Positions 1 to 8,909 of a stretch of DNA of 64,000 nt are shown here, piece after piece. Source of the DNA: a virus. The translations under genes and the position numbers were made by a program. The stretch lies in the IMG/VR virus record IMGVR_UViG_3300032893_000031, positions 8,552-72,551 of that record; one strand, 5' to 3'. The first letter of the stretch is position 1. Each line of letters begins with the position of its first letter. Below the pieces are notes generated by a model that was not told where the DNA came from, ran no database searches, and saw only the letters and a list, made by a program, of their open reading frames with translations.

Positions 1-180
1 GAAGCGGTTGCGGAGTTCAATACGCGGCTGGACGAAGCCTGGAATCGCCTTGTTGAATTGAACGGGGGTCCGCCCCCGCCCAGGCGCCAACCGATTGCTG
101 ACTCCGGCCTAACCCGCGACACCGACCCGCACTCGCGGATGGTGTTCAAGGATGAACCGTATCCCGAGATCGTGCCATGA
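1..180 (+). CDS. 3' end of a CDS truncated by the window edge (hypothetical)
   Basis: Frame 1 is open from base 1 to TGA 178-180. The stop overlaps the next start (ATGA at 177-180), the coupling pattern used throughout the window. Confidence 0.4.
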   Translation, partial: EAVAEFNTRLDEAWNRLVELNGGPPPPRRQPIADSGLTRDTDPHSRMVFKDEPYPEIVP

Positions 181-440
181 CTGCTAAAGCCCTCGAAAAG
201 ATTCGCAAGTCTGGCGGTTGCGTCGTTTGGCTGAGCGGCCGTCACATGCCCGCCGCGTTCCTGTGCTCCATGCAATACTGGCGCGTAGCCGAGATGCTGC
301 CGCATTTGAAGCCCTACAAACCGAAGCGCAACATTTTCCCCGCCGGAGGTCCGGTGAAATGCAGCAAAACGAAGTCAACCGGCGGCTGCACGCGCGGGGA
401 GATAGATAACCAAACAACAAAACCGTATGCCGACATTTGA
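177..440 (+). CDS. hypothetical protein, 87 aa
   Basis: ORF track; ATGA coupling to the upstream stop; no domain recognised. Confidence 0.5.
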   Translation: MTAKALEKIRKSGGCVVWLSGRHMPAAFLCSMQYWRVAEMLPHLKPYKPKRNIFPAGGPVKCSKTKSTGGCTRGEIDNQTTKPYADI

Positions 441-1080
441 ACGATGCCCCAAAGAGGTCGAGAAGATGGCCAAATCCATTCTCGAAGAATTCGACACCCA
501 CAAACCCGTGCTGGCCGCTGGCGTCACGATTGATTTCGTGTTCGCCCGCTGCGACCGGGATGAAAAGACGGACAAGCCGCTGAACGACGCGCTCACCAAG
601 AACGGCGTCAAAGCCCTCGGCATCTGCCGCAAGATTCCCCTGAAAGACCGCGCCTTGGGTCGGGCTGATGCGGAGATCGCCCTGGATGGCGACTGGTGGG
701 AGGGTGAAGCCAACGAGGACGAGCGCCGCGGGCTGCTCGATCACGAACTGCACCACATCGCCGTCAAGATCGACAAGCGTGGGCTAGTCCGAGACGACCT
801 GGGTAGGCCCGTCCTGCAACTCCGCAAGCATGACGTGGAGGTTGGCTGGTTCAAGACCGTCGCCGCCCGTCACGGCAGAAGCAGCATGGAACGGATTCAG
901 GCCGCGCGAATCATGTGCGACCACGGGCAGTATTTTTGGCCGGAAGTGGCTGGCGAGCTTCCGAGCGGCACCATCACCTTCGAGGGCGCCGGCAAAAAGG
1001 TGACGATGTCCGCGCAACGGTTCACAGAGATCGCCAAGGACATGAGCAAACCCAAACCCGCCGAAGCGCCAGCCGCATGA
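427..1080 (+). CDS. putative phage metallopeptidase (HExxH)
   Basis: 217 aa. HELHH motif (LLDHELHHIAV) in a layout I associate with the phage putative-metallopeptidase family. In-frame ATG 466 is an alternative start. Confidence 0.55.
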   Translation: MPTFERCPKEVEKMAKSILEEFDTHKPVLAAGVTIDFVFARCDRDEKTDKPLNDALTKNGVKALGICRKIPLKDRALGRADAEIALDGDWWEGEANEDERRGLLDHELHHIAVKIDKRGLVRDDLGRPVLQLRKHDVEVGWFKTVAARHGRSSMERIQAARIMCDHGQYFWPEVAGELPSGTITFEGAGKKVTMSAQRFTEIAKDMSKPKPAEAPAA

Positions 1081-1556
1081 CCCCTTCCCTCTCCGCTTCC
1101 AATCCGATGAACCTGCGCCCGATCACCTTGGAAGAAGCCAATCAGTTCGTGCTGAATTTCCATCGGCACAACCGCCCGACAGTCGGCGGCAGGTTCGCAA
1201 TCGGGTTGGAGGATTCAGGTGAATTGTGCGGGGTGGCGATTGTCGGCAGGCCAATTGCCCGGCAGATTGAGCACCATTACACGGCTGAGGTTTTGCGGAC
1301 CTGCACCAACCCCAAAGCGCCAAAGGGCGCGGTGAGCAAACTTTATGCGGCTTGCTGGCGGGCCTGGCGTGCGATGGGCGGGACGCGGCTTCTCACCTAT
1401 ACGCTAACCACCGAGAGCGGGGCATCATTGCGCGGAGCTGGCTGGAAGCGCATCGGTGAAGTGCCAGCATCTAAACCCGGTCAGGGATGGCAGTCCAGGG
1501 ACAGAGAATGGCAGCCAATCATGGGCCAGCAAAAACTGCGATGGGAGATTGCATGA
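1077..1556 (+). CDS. GNAT-fold, XF1762-like protein
   Basis: ORF 915-1556 trimmed to ATG 1077 (ATGA overlap with the previous stop). The pattern PITLEEANQFV..HRHNRP..GVAIVGRP..GAGW resembles XF1762-family prophage proteins (from memory). Confidence 0.55.
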   Translation: MTPSLSASNPMNLRPITLEEANQFVLNFHRHNRPTVGGRFAIGLEDSGELCGVAIVGRPIARQIEHHYTAEVLRTCTNPKAPKGAVSKLYAACWRAWRAMGGTRLLTYTLTTESGASLRGAGWKRIGEVPASKPGQGWQSRDREWQPIMGQQKLRWEIA

Positions 1557-1957
1557 GAGCATACATGAAGGAACTGCTGAAACAGATCGAGGACGCCGAG
1601 GCCATGCACGGGCCGCCGTTCGACGCCGCCATGAAACGCATGTCCGGCGGCAAGCTCACCGCCGGGGCGAAGTGCGCATGGTGTTTCGAGGACGACATTG
1701 AGTTCTGGCGATCTGAGAAACAGGCGCCTCACCCCAAGGATTGGTTTTACAGCGGGTTCATTGTCCCGCTTCCAGACCATGACGGGCGCGGAGTGCTGCA
1801 ACCAGACAGGTGCATCGTCTGTGTGATGGATTATCCGATTGAGAAGGAAAACCCGAGCGTTGACTGGGTGGCGCTCCTCTCGTTGCTTACTTCACCCGGC
1901 CTGTATCGCCTTCACGTCATGGAAACGATCCAAATCGCCCCGCTGCGTCCTTTTTGA
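1553..1957 (+). CDS. hypothetical protein, 134 aa
   Basis: ORF 1487-1957 trimmed to ATG 1553 (ATGA overlap); no domain recognised. Confidence 0.5.
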   Translation: MRAYMKELLKQIEDAEAMHGPPFDAAMKRMSGGKLTAGAKCAWCFEDDIEFWRSEKQAPHPKDWFYSGFIVPLPDHDGRGVLQPDRCIVCVMDYPIEKENPSVDWVALLSLLTSPGLYRLHVMETIQIAPLRPF

Positions 1958-1961
1958 AGTT

Positions 1962-2195
1962 ATGACCGCTAAACCCGTTCAACTCTGTTACCGCATGTTC
2001 GGCATGAAGATCGAGCAACTGAGAACCGTGCTTGGATGGACCCAAGCCGATCTTGCCAAAAAGGTTTGTCTCACGCGCACGTCCATTGCCAACATCGAAG
2101 GCGGAAACCAGCGTATTCTCTTGCATGACGTTGAGAAATTCGCCGCCGCCTTCAACGTCAGCCCAAAGCAGTTGATGAAAGGCATTTGGACGTGA
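1962..2195 (+). CDS. XRE/Cro-C1 family helix-turn-helix regulator
   Basis: 77 aa from ATG 1962. LRTVLGWTQADLAKKVCLTRTSIANIEGGNQ is a classic HTH_3 pattern. Confidence 0.7.
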   Translation: MTAKPVQLCYRMFGMKIEQLRTVLGWTQADLAKKVCLTRTSIANIEGGNQRILLHDVEKFAAAFNVSPKQLMKGIWT

Positions 2196-2222
2196 CCCAA
2201 CCCCGCAGCGACGATTGAGGGT

Positions 2223-2408
2223 ATGAGTGAACCGATCCAGACTTTCGACGACTGCCGCTCGGAATGCTGCCAAGCGCCAATCCTCGGCCGCCCCCAACGC
2301 GTTTACGAACTGCGCCCGGGCGGGGTGTCGCATGATGAGACGCTGGCCGTGTGTTCGGCTTGCGGCCTGCGCGGGCCTGTTAAACACGAAACGAAGAGGG
2401 AGGAATGA
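2223..2408 (+). CDS. small Cys-rich protein (possible zinc ribbon)
   Basis: 61 aa with CRSECC and CSAC cysteine pairs. Confidence 0.45.
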   Translation: MSEPIQTFDDCRSECCQAPILGRPQRVYELRPGGVSHDETLAVCSACGLRGPVKHETKREE

Positions 2409-2632
2409 AATCGAAAGTAGGTTCTGAGCTTGTAAGCCGAGAGTGGCACATCGAGGCCCATGCGCACGATGATGACGAAGGGCACTGGTGGCACATCGGA
2501 GACAATTTCAAGAAGCGGGATGACGCTGTTTGGTTTATGATCCGCGTTCTTCGCGCAAAGACAGAAATGAAGCGCACAAAGTTCCGGCTCGTGCGAATGG
2601 ACACCACCAAGACGGTTGAGGAATCGGAATGA
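2405..2632 (+). CDS. hypothetical protein, 75 aa
   Basis: ORF track; ATGA overlap with the previous gene. Confidence 0.5.
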   Translation: MKSKVGSELVSREWHIEAHAHDDDEGHWWHIGDNFKKRDDAVWFMIRVLRAKTEMKRTKFRLVRMDTTKTVEESE

Positions 2633-2958
2633 GGACCAAAACCCCAAACCTGTTCGACGTTCCAAAGGACCGCCCCACCGCAAAAGAGCGCATGGAAGCG
2701 TTCAAGGCCAAGCACGGCATTTGGACTTATCACAGCCCGCACATGAAGCGCAAGGAAATGCCCTGGGAAGCGTTGTGGCTGACCAAAGCGATTGAGGTTC
2801 TTGCCGGCTATGGAGTGAAGGCCACGGACCATCCGGTTGAAATCATCGCTGGCTATTCCCGACTGCTGGATGAAATGAATTTGCTGATCGAAGGCCAAAC
2901 AGAGAGCACCGCCGTTGAGCGCCTTTGTGCGGTGAACAACATTCGATTTGATTTATGA
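2629..2958 (+). CDS. hypothetical protein, 109 aa
   Basis: ORF track; ATGA overlap at both ends. Confidence 0.5.
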   Translation: MRTKTPNLFDVPKDRPTAKERMEAFKAKHGIWTYHSPHMKRKEMPWEALWLTKAIEVLAGYGVKATDHPVEIIAGYSRLLDEMNLLIEGQTESTAVERLCAVNNIRFDL

Positions 2959-3191
2959 GCTGGGAAACCGAAAGCACACCACACGTTAAAGGAAAATTCA
3001 TTCTGGAACTGACACCAAAGCAAAAGAGGTTGGTGGAGGAAAAGATTGGTGAGATTCTGGCTGGAGACGACCCGCGCCACTTCTGCGTTGCCTTCCAACC
3101 ATTCCGATTCTCCGGGGAGTTGAAAGTCGCCGTGCTGGAAAACGAGTTCGGCAATCGCCTACAGGCCAGAATCAAAACGGGAGAGGTTTAA
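2955..3191 (+). CDS. hypothetical protein, 78 aa
   Basis: ORF track; coupled to neighbours. Confidence 0.5.
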   Translation: MSWETESTPHVKGKFILELTPKQKRLVEEKIGEILAGDDPRHFCVAFQPFRFSGELKVAVLENEFGNRLQARIKTGEV

Positions 3192-3589
3192 TGAGCGACG
3201 CCACGCTCCAAGAGCTTGAGAAGAAGCGCGACGACCTGACTGCCGCGAAACAGCAGGTGCAACGCGAATTGGAGGCGCTGAACGCCACACTTGCTGTCCG
3301 CCAGCCCGAGATGAAATTCAAGCTGTTGGGCAGACAGCGACACACTTTGGTTGTTCGGCTGGGGAAGGTCGAACTGGAATTGGCCGAGGTTAAACGGGCC
3401 ATCAAGGAACTACGCCCGCAATTTACTTTGGATGATCGCAGCTTTTTTGCCAAGGCCGTCCGCGATGTGCGCGACAAATATCAGGATGTGGCGGCGGGTG
3501 AATTTGACCACGGGCCGTCCGAGCGCACGCTGGCCGCGCAATTTGTCCGCGATCTGAATCCCATCGTGCAGAAGTTGGTTCATCCATGA
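3191..3589 (+). CDS. hypothetical coiled-coil protein, 132 aa
   Basis: ORF track; TAATG overlap with the previous stop; heptad-like charged sequence. Confidence 0.5.
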   Translation: MSDATLQELEKKRDDLTAAKQQVQRELEALNATLAVRQPEMKFKLLGRQRHTLVVRLGKVELELAEVKRAIKELRPQFTLDDRSFFAKAVRDVRDKYQDVAAGEFDHGPSERTLAAQFVRDLNPIVQKLVHP

Positions 3590-4062
3590 GCGGCCTACCC
3601 TCAACCGTTTCCGAGTCCACGCGACGGCGCAACCCGCATCTTTATCCACCGCCAGTGAAGATGGCGCTGCCGGCCAATGCCACACCAAAGAAGCGCATCC
3701 AGCAATCGCCAAAGCCGCTAATGAACGATTTGGAAGCCGAGTTCTACGCCCGCATCAAGGACCAATATCCCAACTACCCGCCCGTCCGAGTTCAAGCCAA
3801 ACGCTATCGGCTTGCCAATGGGTTGACCTACACGCCGGATTTTTCCGCCTCAATCTGGCCGTATGACCCGGCGATTGCGGCGCAGAAATATGGCGAGCAA
3901 CCGTTCCCGCCAAGAGAAACCGTCTGGGAGGTCAAAGGCGACTGGGCGACGGATGACGCGATTGCAAAAGTGAAGATGATGGCTGCGGCCTATCCCGAGA
4001 TCGCTGTGTGGCTGGTCTGGAAAGTGAATGGGCTGTGGCAGGAACAGTTGGTGTTGCCATGA
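3586..4062 (+). CDS. PD-(D/E)XK-type nuclease candidate (DUF1064 / resolvase-like)
   Basis: 158 aa. The order LEAEFYARI ... YTPDF ... WEVKG matches the E..F / Y.xDF / E.KG layout of DUF1064-type phage nucleases (from memory). Confidence 0.4.
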   Translation: MSGLPSTVSESTRRRNPHLYPPPVKMALPANATPKKRIQQSPKPLMNDLEAEFYARIKDQYPNYPPVRVQAKRYRLANGLTYTPDFSASIWPYDPAIAAQKYGEQPFPPRETVWEVKGDWATDDAIAKVKMMAAAYPEIAVWLVWKVNGLWQEQLVLP

Positions 4063-4421
4063 ACATCTCCTTTGCTCTCACAACGCCCCAATTCCGAAGC
4101 CGCACCAAAGACGTTACCCGCCGTCTCGGTTGGCGAAAGGTCAAGCTGGGGCAAATCCTTAACGGCATTGAGAAAGGCCAAGGCTTAAAGAAGGGCGAGC
4201 ACCCCGTTCACCTCGGCCAGATACGGGTTAAATCGGCGCGGCGCGAGGCGTTGAATCTAATCAGTAAAAACCTGGATTATGGTTTCAGAGAAACTGAGCG
4301 AGAGGGGTTTTCAGACCCACATCCATGTCATTGCCCAAGCGCATTCGTGGAAATGTTCTGTAAGCACAACGGTTGCACACCCGAAACCGAAATCACACGA
4401 ATTGAATTTGAATATCTATGA
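4059..4421 (+). CDS. ASCH-domain-like protein
   Basis: ORF 4008-4421 trimmed to ATG 4059 (ATGA overlap). N-terminus SFALTTPQFRSRTKDVTRRLGW resembles phage ASCH-domain proteins. Confidence 0.45.
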   Translation: MNISFALTTPQFRSRTKDVTRRLGWRKVKLGQILNGIEKGQGLKKGEHPVHLGQIRVKSARREALNLISKNLDYGFRETEREGFSDPHPCHCPSAFVEMFCKHNGCTPETEITRIEFEYL

Positions 4422-5455
4422 CCATGAACGACAGACCAAAAATCAGCCCCAAGACCGAATCCGACCTCCAGTACGATGGGGCGCTCGAAGTGATTGACAA
4501 GCAGCGGCAGGAGTTGGAGCAAACCAAAGCCGCTCTCGAAGCGGCGAATAGGGCGTGCGCGGAAAAGGATCATATTATAGACCACCTTGAATCCCTATTT
4601 GGGTATAGCGTTAATTTCCCAAAGTTCGACATAAACCACTCACGTTCTAAGGGCTGCGGCCTCGGCTACAAGTCGCCCGCCGAGTGGTCTGCGCTACAAG
4701 ACAAAGTAGCGGCGTTGGAGCAGGCTAATGCGACGATGAGGGAAGCCCTGATACCCTTAGCTACCGTGTTCGACAAATCAGCATGCACCCCTCCACACAA
4801 CGCAACCGTTAGCCTTTTAGTGCGGGTCAGTGAAATCCTTAAAGCGAAAGAAGCCCTCTCCACCCCCAACCCCGCCGCCTGGGTGCGGAAGGAGAAGCTA
4901 AACAGCAAGGCTCCGTCTGGGCAACACATGGTGAGTTGGGCCATTCTATACGAAGACCCCGATCACAAAGCTGAGCTTTTCACGGATGAAATTGCCGCCA
5001 GAAACGTTTTCGGTGAGCGCAAGCTATCATGGAGTTGTCACCTGTTTTGCTTGGCAGACCAACTCGCCGCCGCCAACGAAGATTACGAAGCCAGCCTCGC
5101 TTTAATCAGAAAACAGACGGAGCAGATCGCCGCTATCACAGCCGAGCGCGACCGAGCCGCCGATGAATGTGAACATTGGGTGCAAAAAGCGGCTAGGTTT
5201 ACACAAGAGCGTGACGCGGCCAAGGCGAGGGCTGTGGAGGCAGAGGCGGCTCTTGCAACGTCTGGCGGACCTGGCTATCGGCCAAACAAGCAAGCCCTCG
5301 CCGAGTTGCTTTCAGAACCACTCGAATTTCTGGGCGAGTTAAAAGGCGCGTGGGACTGGAAGAAAGACGAGCCGCGAGCCGGGAACAAGGCTCAATACGA
5401 TGCGCTGTGTAAGTGCATTGACCGCCTCCGGGCAGTCTTGGGGGTCAAGCCATGA
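4418..5455 (+). CDS. hypothetical coiled-coil protein, 345 aa
   Basis: ORF track; ATGA overlap; long Ala/Glu-rich helical segments. Confidence 0.55.
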   Translation: MTMNDRPKISPKTESDLQYDGALEVIDKQRQELEQTKAALEAANRACAEKDHIIDHLESLFGYSVNFPKFDINHSRSKGCGLGYKSPAEWSALQDKVAALEQANATMREALIPLATVFDKSACTPPHNATVSLLVRVSEILKAKEALSTPNPAAWVRKEKLNSKAPSGQHMVSWAILYEDPDHKAELFTDEIAARNVFGERKLSWSCHLFCLADQLAAANEDYEASLALIRKQTEQIAAITAERDRAADECEHWVQKAARFTQERDAAKARAVEAEAALATSGGPGYRPNKQALAELLSEPLEFLGELKGAWDWKKDEPRAGNKAQYDALCKCIDRLRAVLGVKP

Positions 5456-5685
5456 TTAAAACGTGCGAGCGATGCGGCGGGCTTTACGCCACCAAAAGTG
5501 GAGAGATGTTTGCTGGAACCCCATGCCAATGTGGGGTACCAAAAGGCGCTGAGTGTAAAGTATGCGGCGGAACTGGACGAGAGCCTCTTAAAGAGGACAC
5601 CACGCCAAACCTGTGCATCCCGTATTATCCAGACTCCCCTTATTTGCAAATGGTGGTTTCTGAGTCGAAAGGAGACAAGCCATGA
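5452..5685 (+). CDS. small zinc-finger protein (CxxCxGxG type)
   Basis: 77 aa with CERCGG, CQC and the CKVCGGTG DnaJ-like motif. Confidence 0.5.
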   Translation: MIKTCERCGGLYATKSGEMFAGTPCQCGVPKGAECKVCGGTGREPLKEDTTPNLCIPYYPDSPYLQMVVSESKGDKP

Positions 5686-6035
5686 CTCCGGAAGCACAAC
5701 GAATAGCCATCGCGGAGTCGTGTGGGTGGAAATGTTGTGAGCCTAAGCCACAAGCAAAGAATAGTCCATACGCCCGCTGGGTTAACAAAGCAGACGACAT
5801 TCGTGAGTTTCGTAATGTGCCCAACTACGGCAATAGCTTGGACGCGTTGAGAGAAGCGGTCAGGAAATTGACCGGAGATCAGCGAAGTGAGTTCTGTGAA
5901 CAGTTAGTGGATGTCTTGAAGCGCGACTCAATGACAGCGGCTTACATTGACGACTTCGATATGTTAACCGCCACCGCCGAACAACAGGCCGAAGCCTTGC
6001 TTCGCACATTGGGACTTTGGGAGGACGGGCGATGA
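5682..6035 (+). CDS. hypothetical protein, 117 aa
   Basis: ORF track; ATGA overlaps at both ends. Confidence 0.5.
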   Translation: MTPEAQRIAIAESCGWKCCEPKPQAKNSPYARWVNKADDIREFRNVPNYGNSLDALREAVRKLTGDQRSEFCEQLVDVLKRDSMTAAYIDDFDMLTATAEQQAEALLRTLGLWEDGR

Positions 6036-6226
6036 AATCGAATGTGCGTGCGCAATGGCACGGTAGTCAAAGGTGGTTTACTTGTGAGAGGCACGGTTGG
6101 GACTGCATGGGTTCTCCGTGCCCAAAGTGTAAGGGCGGAGACGCTCCGAGATACTGCATGAAACACGGCTGGTCTCACGCAACCAAGGGTTGCCCAATAT
6201 GCGCTGGAAAAAAGGACTGGCGATGA
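6032..6226 (+). CDS. small Cys-rich protein (zinc ribbon-like)
   Basis: ORF 6017-6226 trimmed to ATG 6032 (ATGA overlap). CPKCKG and CPICAG pairs. Confidence 0.45.
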   Translation: MKSNVRAQWHGSQRWFTCERHGWDCMGSPCPKCKGGDAPRYCMKHGWSHATKGCPICAGKKDWR

Positions 6227-6390
6227 AGGCCAAGGTGCATAAGCGCGACACCGCGCGCCTTCTCTTTCCTTTGACGAAGTGCGAGACTGCACGCGGGAAA
6301 GCATACCTTTTGGACCCATCCATGTCTGGCCGCTGGTCCCGTGTCACCTGCAAGGACTGCTTGAGGCACAGGCCGAGGGGGAAGAAATGA
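6223..6390 (+). CDS. hypothetical basic protein, 55 aa
   Basis: ORF 6190-6390 trimmed to ATG 6223 (ATGA overlap). Confidence 0.4.
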   Translation: MKAKVHKRDTARLLFPLTKCETARGKAYLLDPSMSGRWSRVTCKDCLRHRPRGKK

Positions 6391-6653
6391 CGGACAACAC
6401 ACCACAACTTTTGCAAGCGGTTGAATCCCTGTGCCGAGCCCTGCGACGAAACCACGATTGGAACCTCGTCAAAGATTCCTCCGGGGACTATCGAAAATCC
6501 GATCTGTGCAAAGTAACCGCCAACGCTCTAAAACACGCCCTGCAAGCCGTGCCGTCCTTGCGCGGCAATTACTCCTGGGATTCGCCCGCGTCGTCGGGGG
6601 CTAAACCTGATACGGAAATACCGTTGCGTTGTAAGCCAGCGAGTTCGGCGTGA
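6387..6653 (+). CDS. hypothetical protein, 88 aa
   Basis: ORF 6279-6653 trimmed to ATG 6387 (ATGA overlap). Its 3' end overlaps the convergent minus-strand gene by 53 nt. Confidence 0.45.
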   Translation: MTDNTPQLLQAVESLCRALRRNHDWNLVKDSSGDYRKSDLCKVTANALKHALQAVPSLRGNYSWDSPASSGAKPDTEIPLRCKPASSA

Positions 6654-7260
6654 CGATGCGGGCAGGGGTTAACCCATCCATCGGCCCAACCACGTCCACC
6701 AGCCCACGGTCGAGAATCTTCTTCCCCTGCGGGTGAAGCGAGAGCGCACCCACCACCGAACACACCGGGGCGAGGTCATTCCAATCCGCGAGTTTCGACA
6801 CCGCCCGGTTGGGCAGGTCCGCCAGCCACTTGCCTTTAGTCTCAGTCGCCAGCCAGTTGAAGAATCCATTGACGGCGCGGCCCGCGAGTGAGCCGGCCAG
6901 GGCATCGGTGAGGATCAAGCCCTCGCCATAAGGCAGGCCAATCAGTTTTCGGGCGTTGTCGGCCACCATCTGCCCCCGGCGCGGTGTCCAGTCCACGAAC
7001 CGAAGCGCGAACACCTGCCGCGAATCGCACAGATAATCCGTCAGGCAGGATTCCACGACACCCTTCATCACGGCCTCAACGAGGGTGTCTTTGCCCGTGC
7101 AGACGCCGATGTGCGTGAACTCCAACGGCTCTCCGTTGCGCGAAAGCCAGCCGATGGCCTCGGAGACGAAGCTCGCATCCTCAGCGAAAGCCAGGATGTA
7201 GCCCGGCCCGTAGTTCCCAAGCCACGTTGGCCCGAGGGATTGCAGGGAGTGGAATTTCAT
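6601..7260 (-). CDS. permuted papain-like / NlpC-P60-superfamily hydrolase candidate (possible endolysin)
   Basis: 219 aa. FTHIGVC..TLVEAV followed later by a Cys (PVCSVVG) resembles the YiiX/C92 permuted amidase layout. It is its own unit downstream of a terminator. Confidence 0.35.
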   Translation of the reverse strand: MKFHSLQSLGPTWLGNYGPGYILAFAEDASFVSEAIGWLSRNGEPLEFTHIGVCTGKDTLVEAVMKGVVESCLTDYLCDSRQVFALRFVDWTPRRGQMVADNARKLIGLPYGEGLILTDALAGSLAGRAVNGFFNWLATETKGKWLADLPNRAVSKLADWNDLAPVCSVVGALSLHPQGKKILDRGLVDVVGPMDGLTPARIVTPNSLAYNATVFPYQV

Positions 7261-7280
7261 CTACTAATCTGCTACTAATT

Positions 7281-7325
7281 GACAATAGAAGGCGGCGCAC
7301 CGGCAGGGGGGGAAGATGCGCCGCC
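7281..7325 (-). terminator. intrinsic terminator after the OMP-like gene
   Basis: On the minus strand, GGCGGCGCA (7325-7317) pairs with TGCGCCGCC (7299-7291) around a 17-nt loop. The stem is followed by TTCTATTGTC (7290-7281). Confidence 0.55.
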
Positions 7326-7345
7326 CCGAGCGTGTTGGTAGCCGC

Positions 7346-7942
7346 TCAGAACGTCACCCCACCCTCAGCCGAGAGCACCTGAGCCGAGGAGGGAAACCTT
7401 GCCGCCAACCCGACGCCGGCAAAGAAGTTGTGGCCGAGGGCCTTGAACACACGCACGCCAGCCTCACCAAAGAATCGGTCGCTCTTGGACGCGCTGCCCG
7501 CAAAGGCATACCCGCCGTGCAGGAATGCCGTCGCCCGAACGTCATGGAGGATGATGGAGAACCCCGCGCCGCCCTGCTCGCTCACCAGCAGACCCGCCAC
7601 GCCGGAATTGCGCGTGATGGATTCCAGGCTGATGGCCGTGCTGGTCGCGCTGCCCGCCGCGGGCGTTGGCCGCCAGAGGTCGTAGCTCAAACCAATGTCG
7701 TTCACCAGCGGGTTGACGCCACCTTGGATTGAGGACGCCCCGGTCCAGACGGTGAAGTCTTTGGCCCCGAAGCAATCGTCGAGGTTGGTGTTGAAGCTGG
7801 TGAAGTAGCCAAGAACGTCACCGATGACGCCCCCGGACGAGACAGGAACAGCGTTGGTGCCGAACAGTTGGGCCTTCGCTGGCAGAGCGCACAGTGCGGC
7901 TAAGGATACGATTACGAACAGTTTTTTCATTCTTCCTTTCAT
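7346..7942 (-). CDS. outer-membrane beta-barrel protein (Lom/OmpX/OmpW-like moron candidate)
   Basis: 198 aa. Signal peptide MKGRMKKLFVIVSLAALCALPAKAQ, alternating Gly/aromatic strands, and a C-terminal ...GGVTF ending in Phe as in OMPs. Confidence 0.6.
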   Translation of the reverse strand: MKGRMKKLFVIVSLAALCALPAKAQLFGTNAVPVSSGGVIGDVLGYFTSFNTNLDDCFGAKDFTVWTGASSIQGGVNPLVNDIGLSYDLWRPTPAAGSATSTAISLESITRNSGVAGLLVSEQGGAGFSIILHDVRATAFLHGGYAFAGSASKSDRFFGEAGVRVFKALGHNFFAGVGLAARFPSSAQVLSAEGGVTF

Positions 7943-8139
7943 TGGTTGTTGTTTGTGATCGGTGACGAGTATTCGTGATAGGGCTGGAATTGTCCAGACG
8001 AATCGTATTCGTGGGTGTCAACGCCCGGCCAGTGAACACACCCGCTAAAAAGCAGCGCGAGCAGGACAGCGCCGAAGATGATGGCCAACCCGGCGATGAT
8101 GCAGATGACTTCTTTGCGGGTGATCATGCTTGTTTCCAT
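7939..8139 (-). CDS. small lipobox/TM protein (spanin-like or lipoprotein)
   Basis: ORF 7939-8235 trimmed to ATG 8139. METSMITRKEVICIIAGLAIIFGAVLLALLFSGC has a hydrophobic helix ending in an FSGC lipobox-like motif. ATGA overlap with the OMP gene. Confidence 0.45.
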   Translation of the reverse strand: METSMITRKEVICIIAGLAIIFGAVLLALLFSGCVHWPGVDTHEYDSSGQFQPYHEYSSPITNNNQ

Positions 8140-8468
8140 TCCCCTTTGGTCAGGTAGCCGTGCCACTTGCAGCCGCTCGTCCTGAGCACGCTCGGCGTCA
8201 GCGTCGGGGCCTCTTTGTTTCCGTCCCAATGCCATATACTGCTACTGAACCCACGCCGAACCGGCAACGATCCCACGCTTCCACAGCCACACGGGCAGAC
8301 GAACTGAATGCTGGCGATCTGGCCGTCGGTGCCCTCGGCGAAGTCGAACGAACCGGGCGCGAGGTCCTTGCGAAAAACCTCCTCGCCGCCAGTCCAGTCT
8401 GAGCCGTCGGCGTTCTTGCCGCCTGCGAGGATGCCTTGGACAAGAGTCGCCTTCATCAATCCCTCCAC
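8124..8468 (-). CDS. DUF6527-like zinc-ribbon protein
   Basis: The sequence FVCPCGCG ... WHWDGNKEAPTLTPSVL ... CKWHGYLTKGEW matches the DUF6527 pattern as I remember it. ATG 8456 is an alternative start. Confidence 0.5.
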   Translation of the reverse strand: MEGLMKATLVQGILAGGKNADGSDWTGGEEVFRKDLAPGSFDFAEGTDGQIASIQFVCPCGCGSVGSLPVRRGFSSSIWHWDGNKEAPTLTPSVLRTSGCKWHGYLTKGEWKQA

Positions 8469-8614
8469 TCCAATCGGCCATTGCGTTTTCGTATCAACCG
8501 CAGCGAATATTTAATTGAGGGGCTAGTCTTTTTCTTCGGAACGCGGAGATCGGCGGTCTGCGGAGCGAGAACATCCTTAAGCGTCATATCGAGAAGTTCC
8601 TTTTGGCTGTGCAT
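8456..8614 (-). CDS. small hypothetical protein, 52 aa (below ORF-track cutoff)
   Basis: Hand translation gives MHSQKELLDMTLKDVLAPQTADLRVPKKKTSPSIKYSLRLIRKRNGRLEWRD. It starts 2 nt after the upstream stop, and its stop overlaps ATG 8456 (TGATG). Confidence 0.35.
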   Translation of the reverse strand: MHSQKELLDMTLKDVLAPQTADLRVPKKKTSPSIKYSLRLIRKRNGRLEWRD

Positions 8615-8615
8615 A

Positions 8616-8909
8616 TCACAGCTTTGACGCTGGCTCCGGCGCGGGCGCAGGCTGTTTCGTGAGCAGGGCCGTGCCTTCGTCCTTGGTCATGCCCTCCTTG
8701 CGGCTGAGCGATTGCAGGGCGTCACCCGCTGAGATGCCCATGTAGAGCAAGGCTAAGCTTTCGAGCGCATCAGCAGTTAGGTCAATCTGCGGGCCGTAGT
8801 GCGCCGGCGCCCATGCCTTGGCGACGTGCTTGCCGCATTTGATGACGCCGAACACCAGCGCGGAGCCCGACGTGTGTTTATTTTGGAGGGCGAATTGAAG
8901 GAGGTTCAT
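8616..8909 (-). CDS. hypothetical protein, 97 aa
   Basis: ORF 8616-8990 trimmed to ATG 8909 (ATGA overlap with the upstream stop). Confidence 0.5.
   Translation of the reverse strand: MNLLQFALQNKHTSGSALVFGVIKCGKHVAKAWAPAHYGPQIDLTADALESLALLYMGISAGDALQSLSRKEGMTKDEGTALLTKQPAPAPEPASKL

Noticed and set aside
7306-7312. G7 homopolymer as a phase-variation tract
   Set aside because: It lies in the loop of the terminator hairpin between genes, not in a coding region or a promoter spacer.
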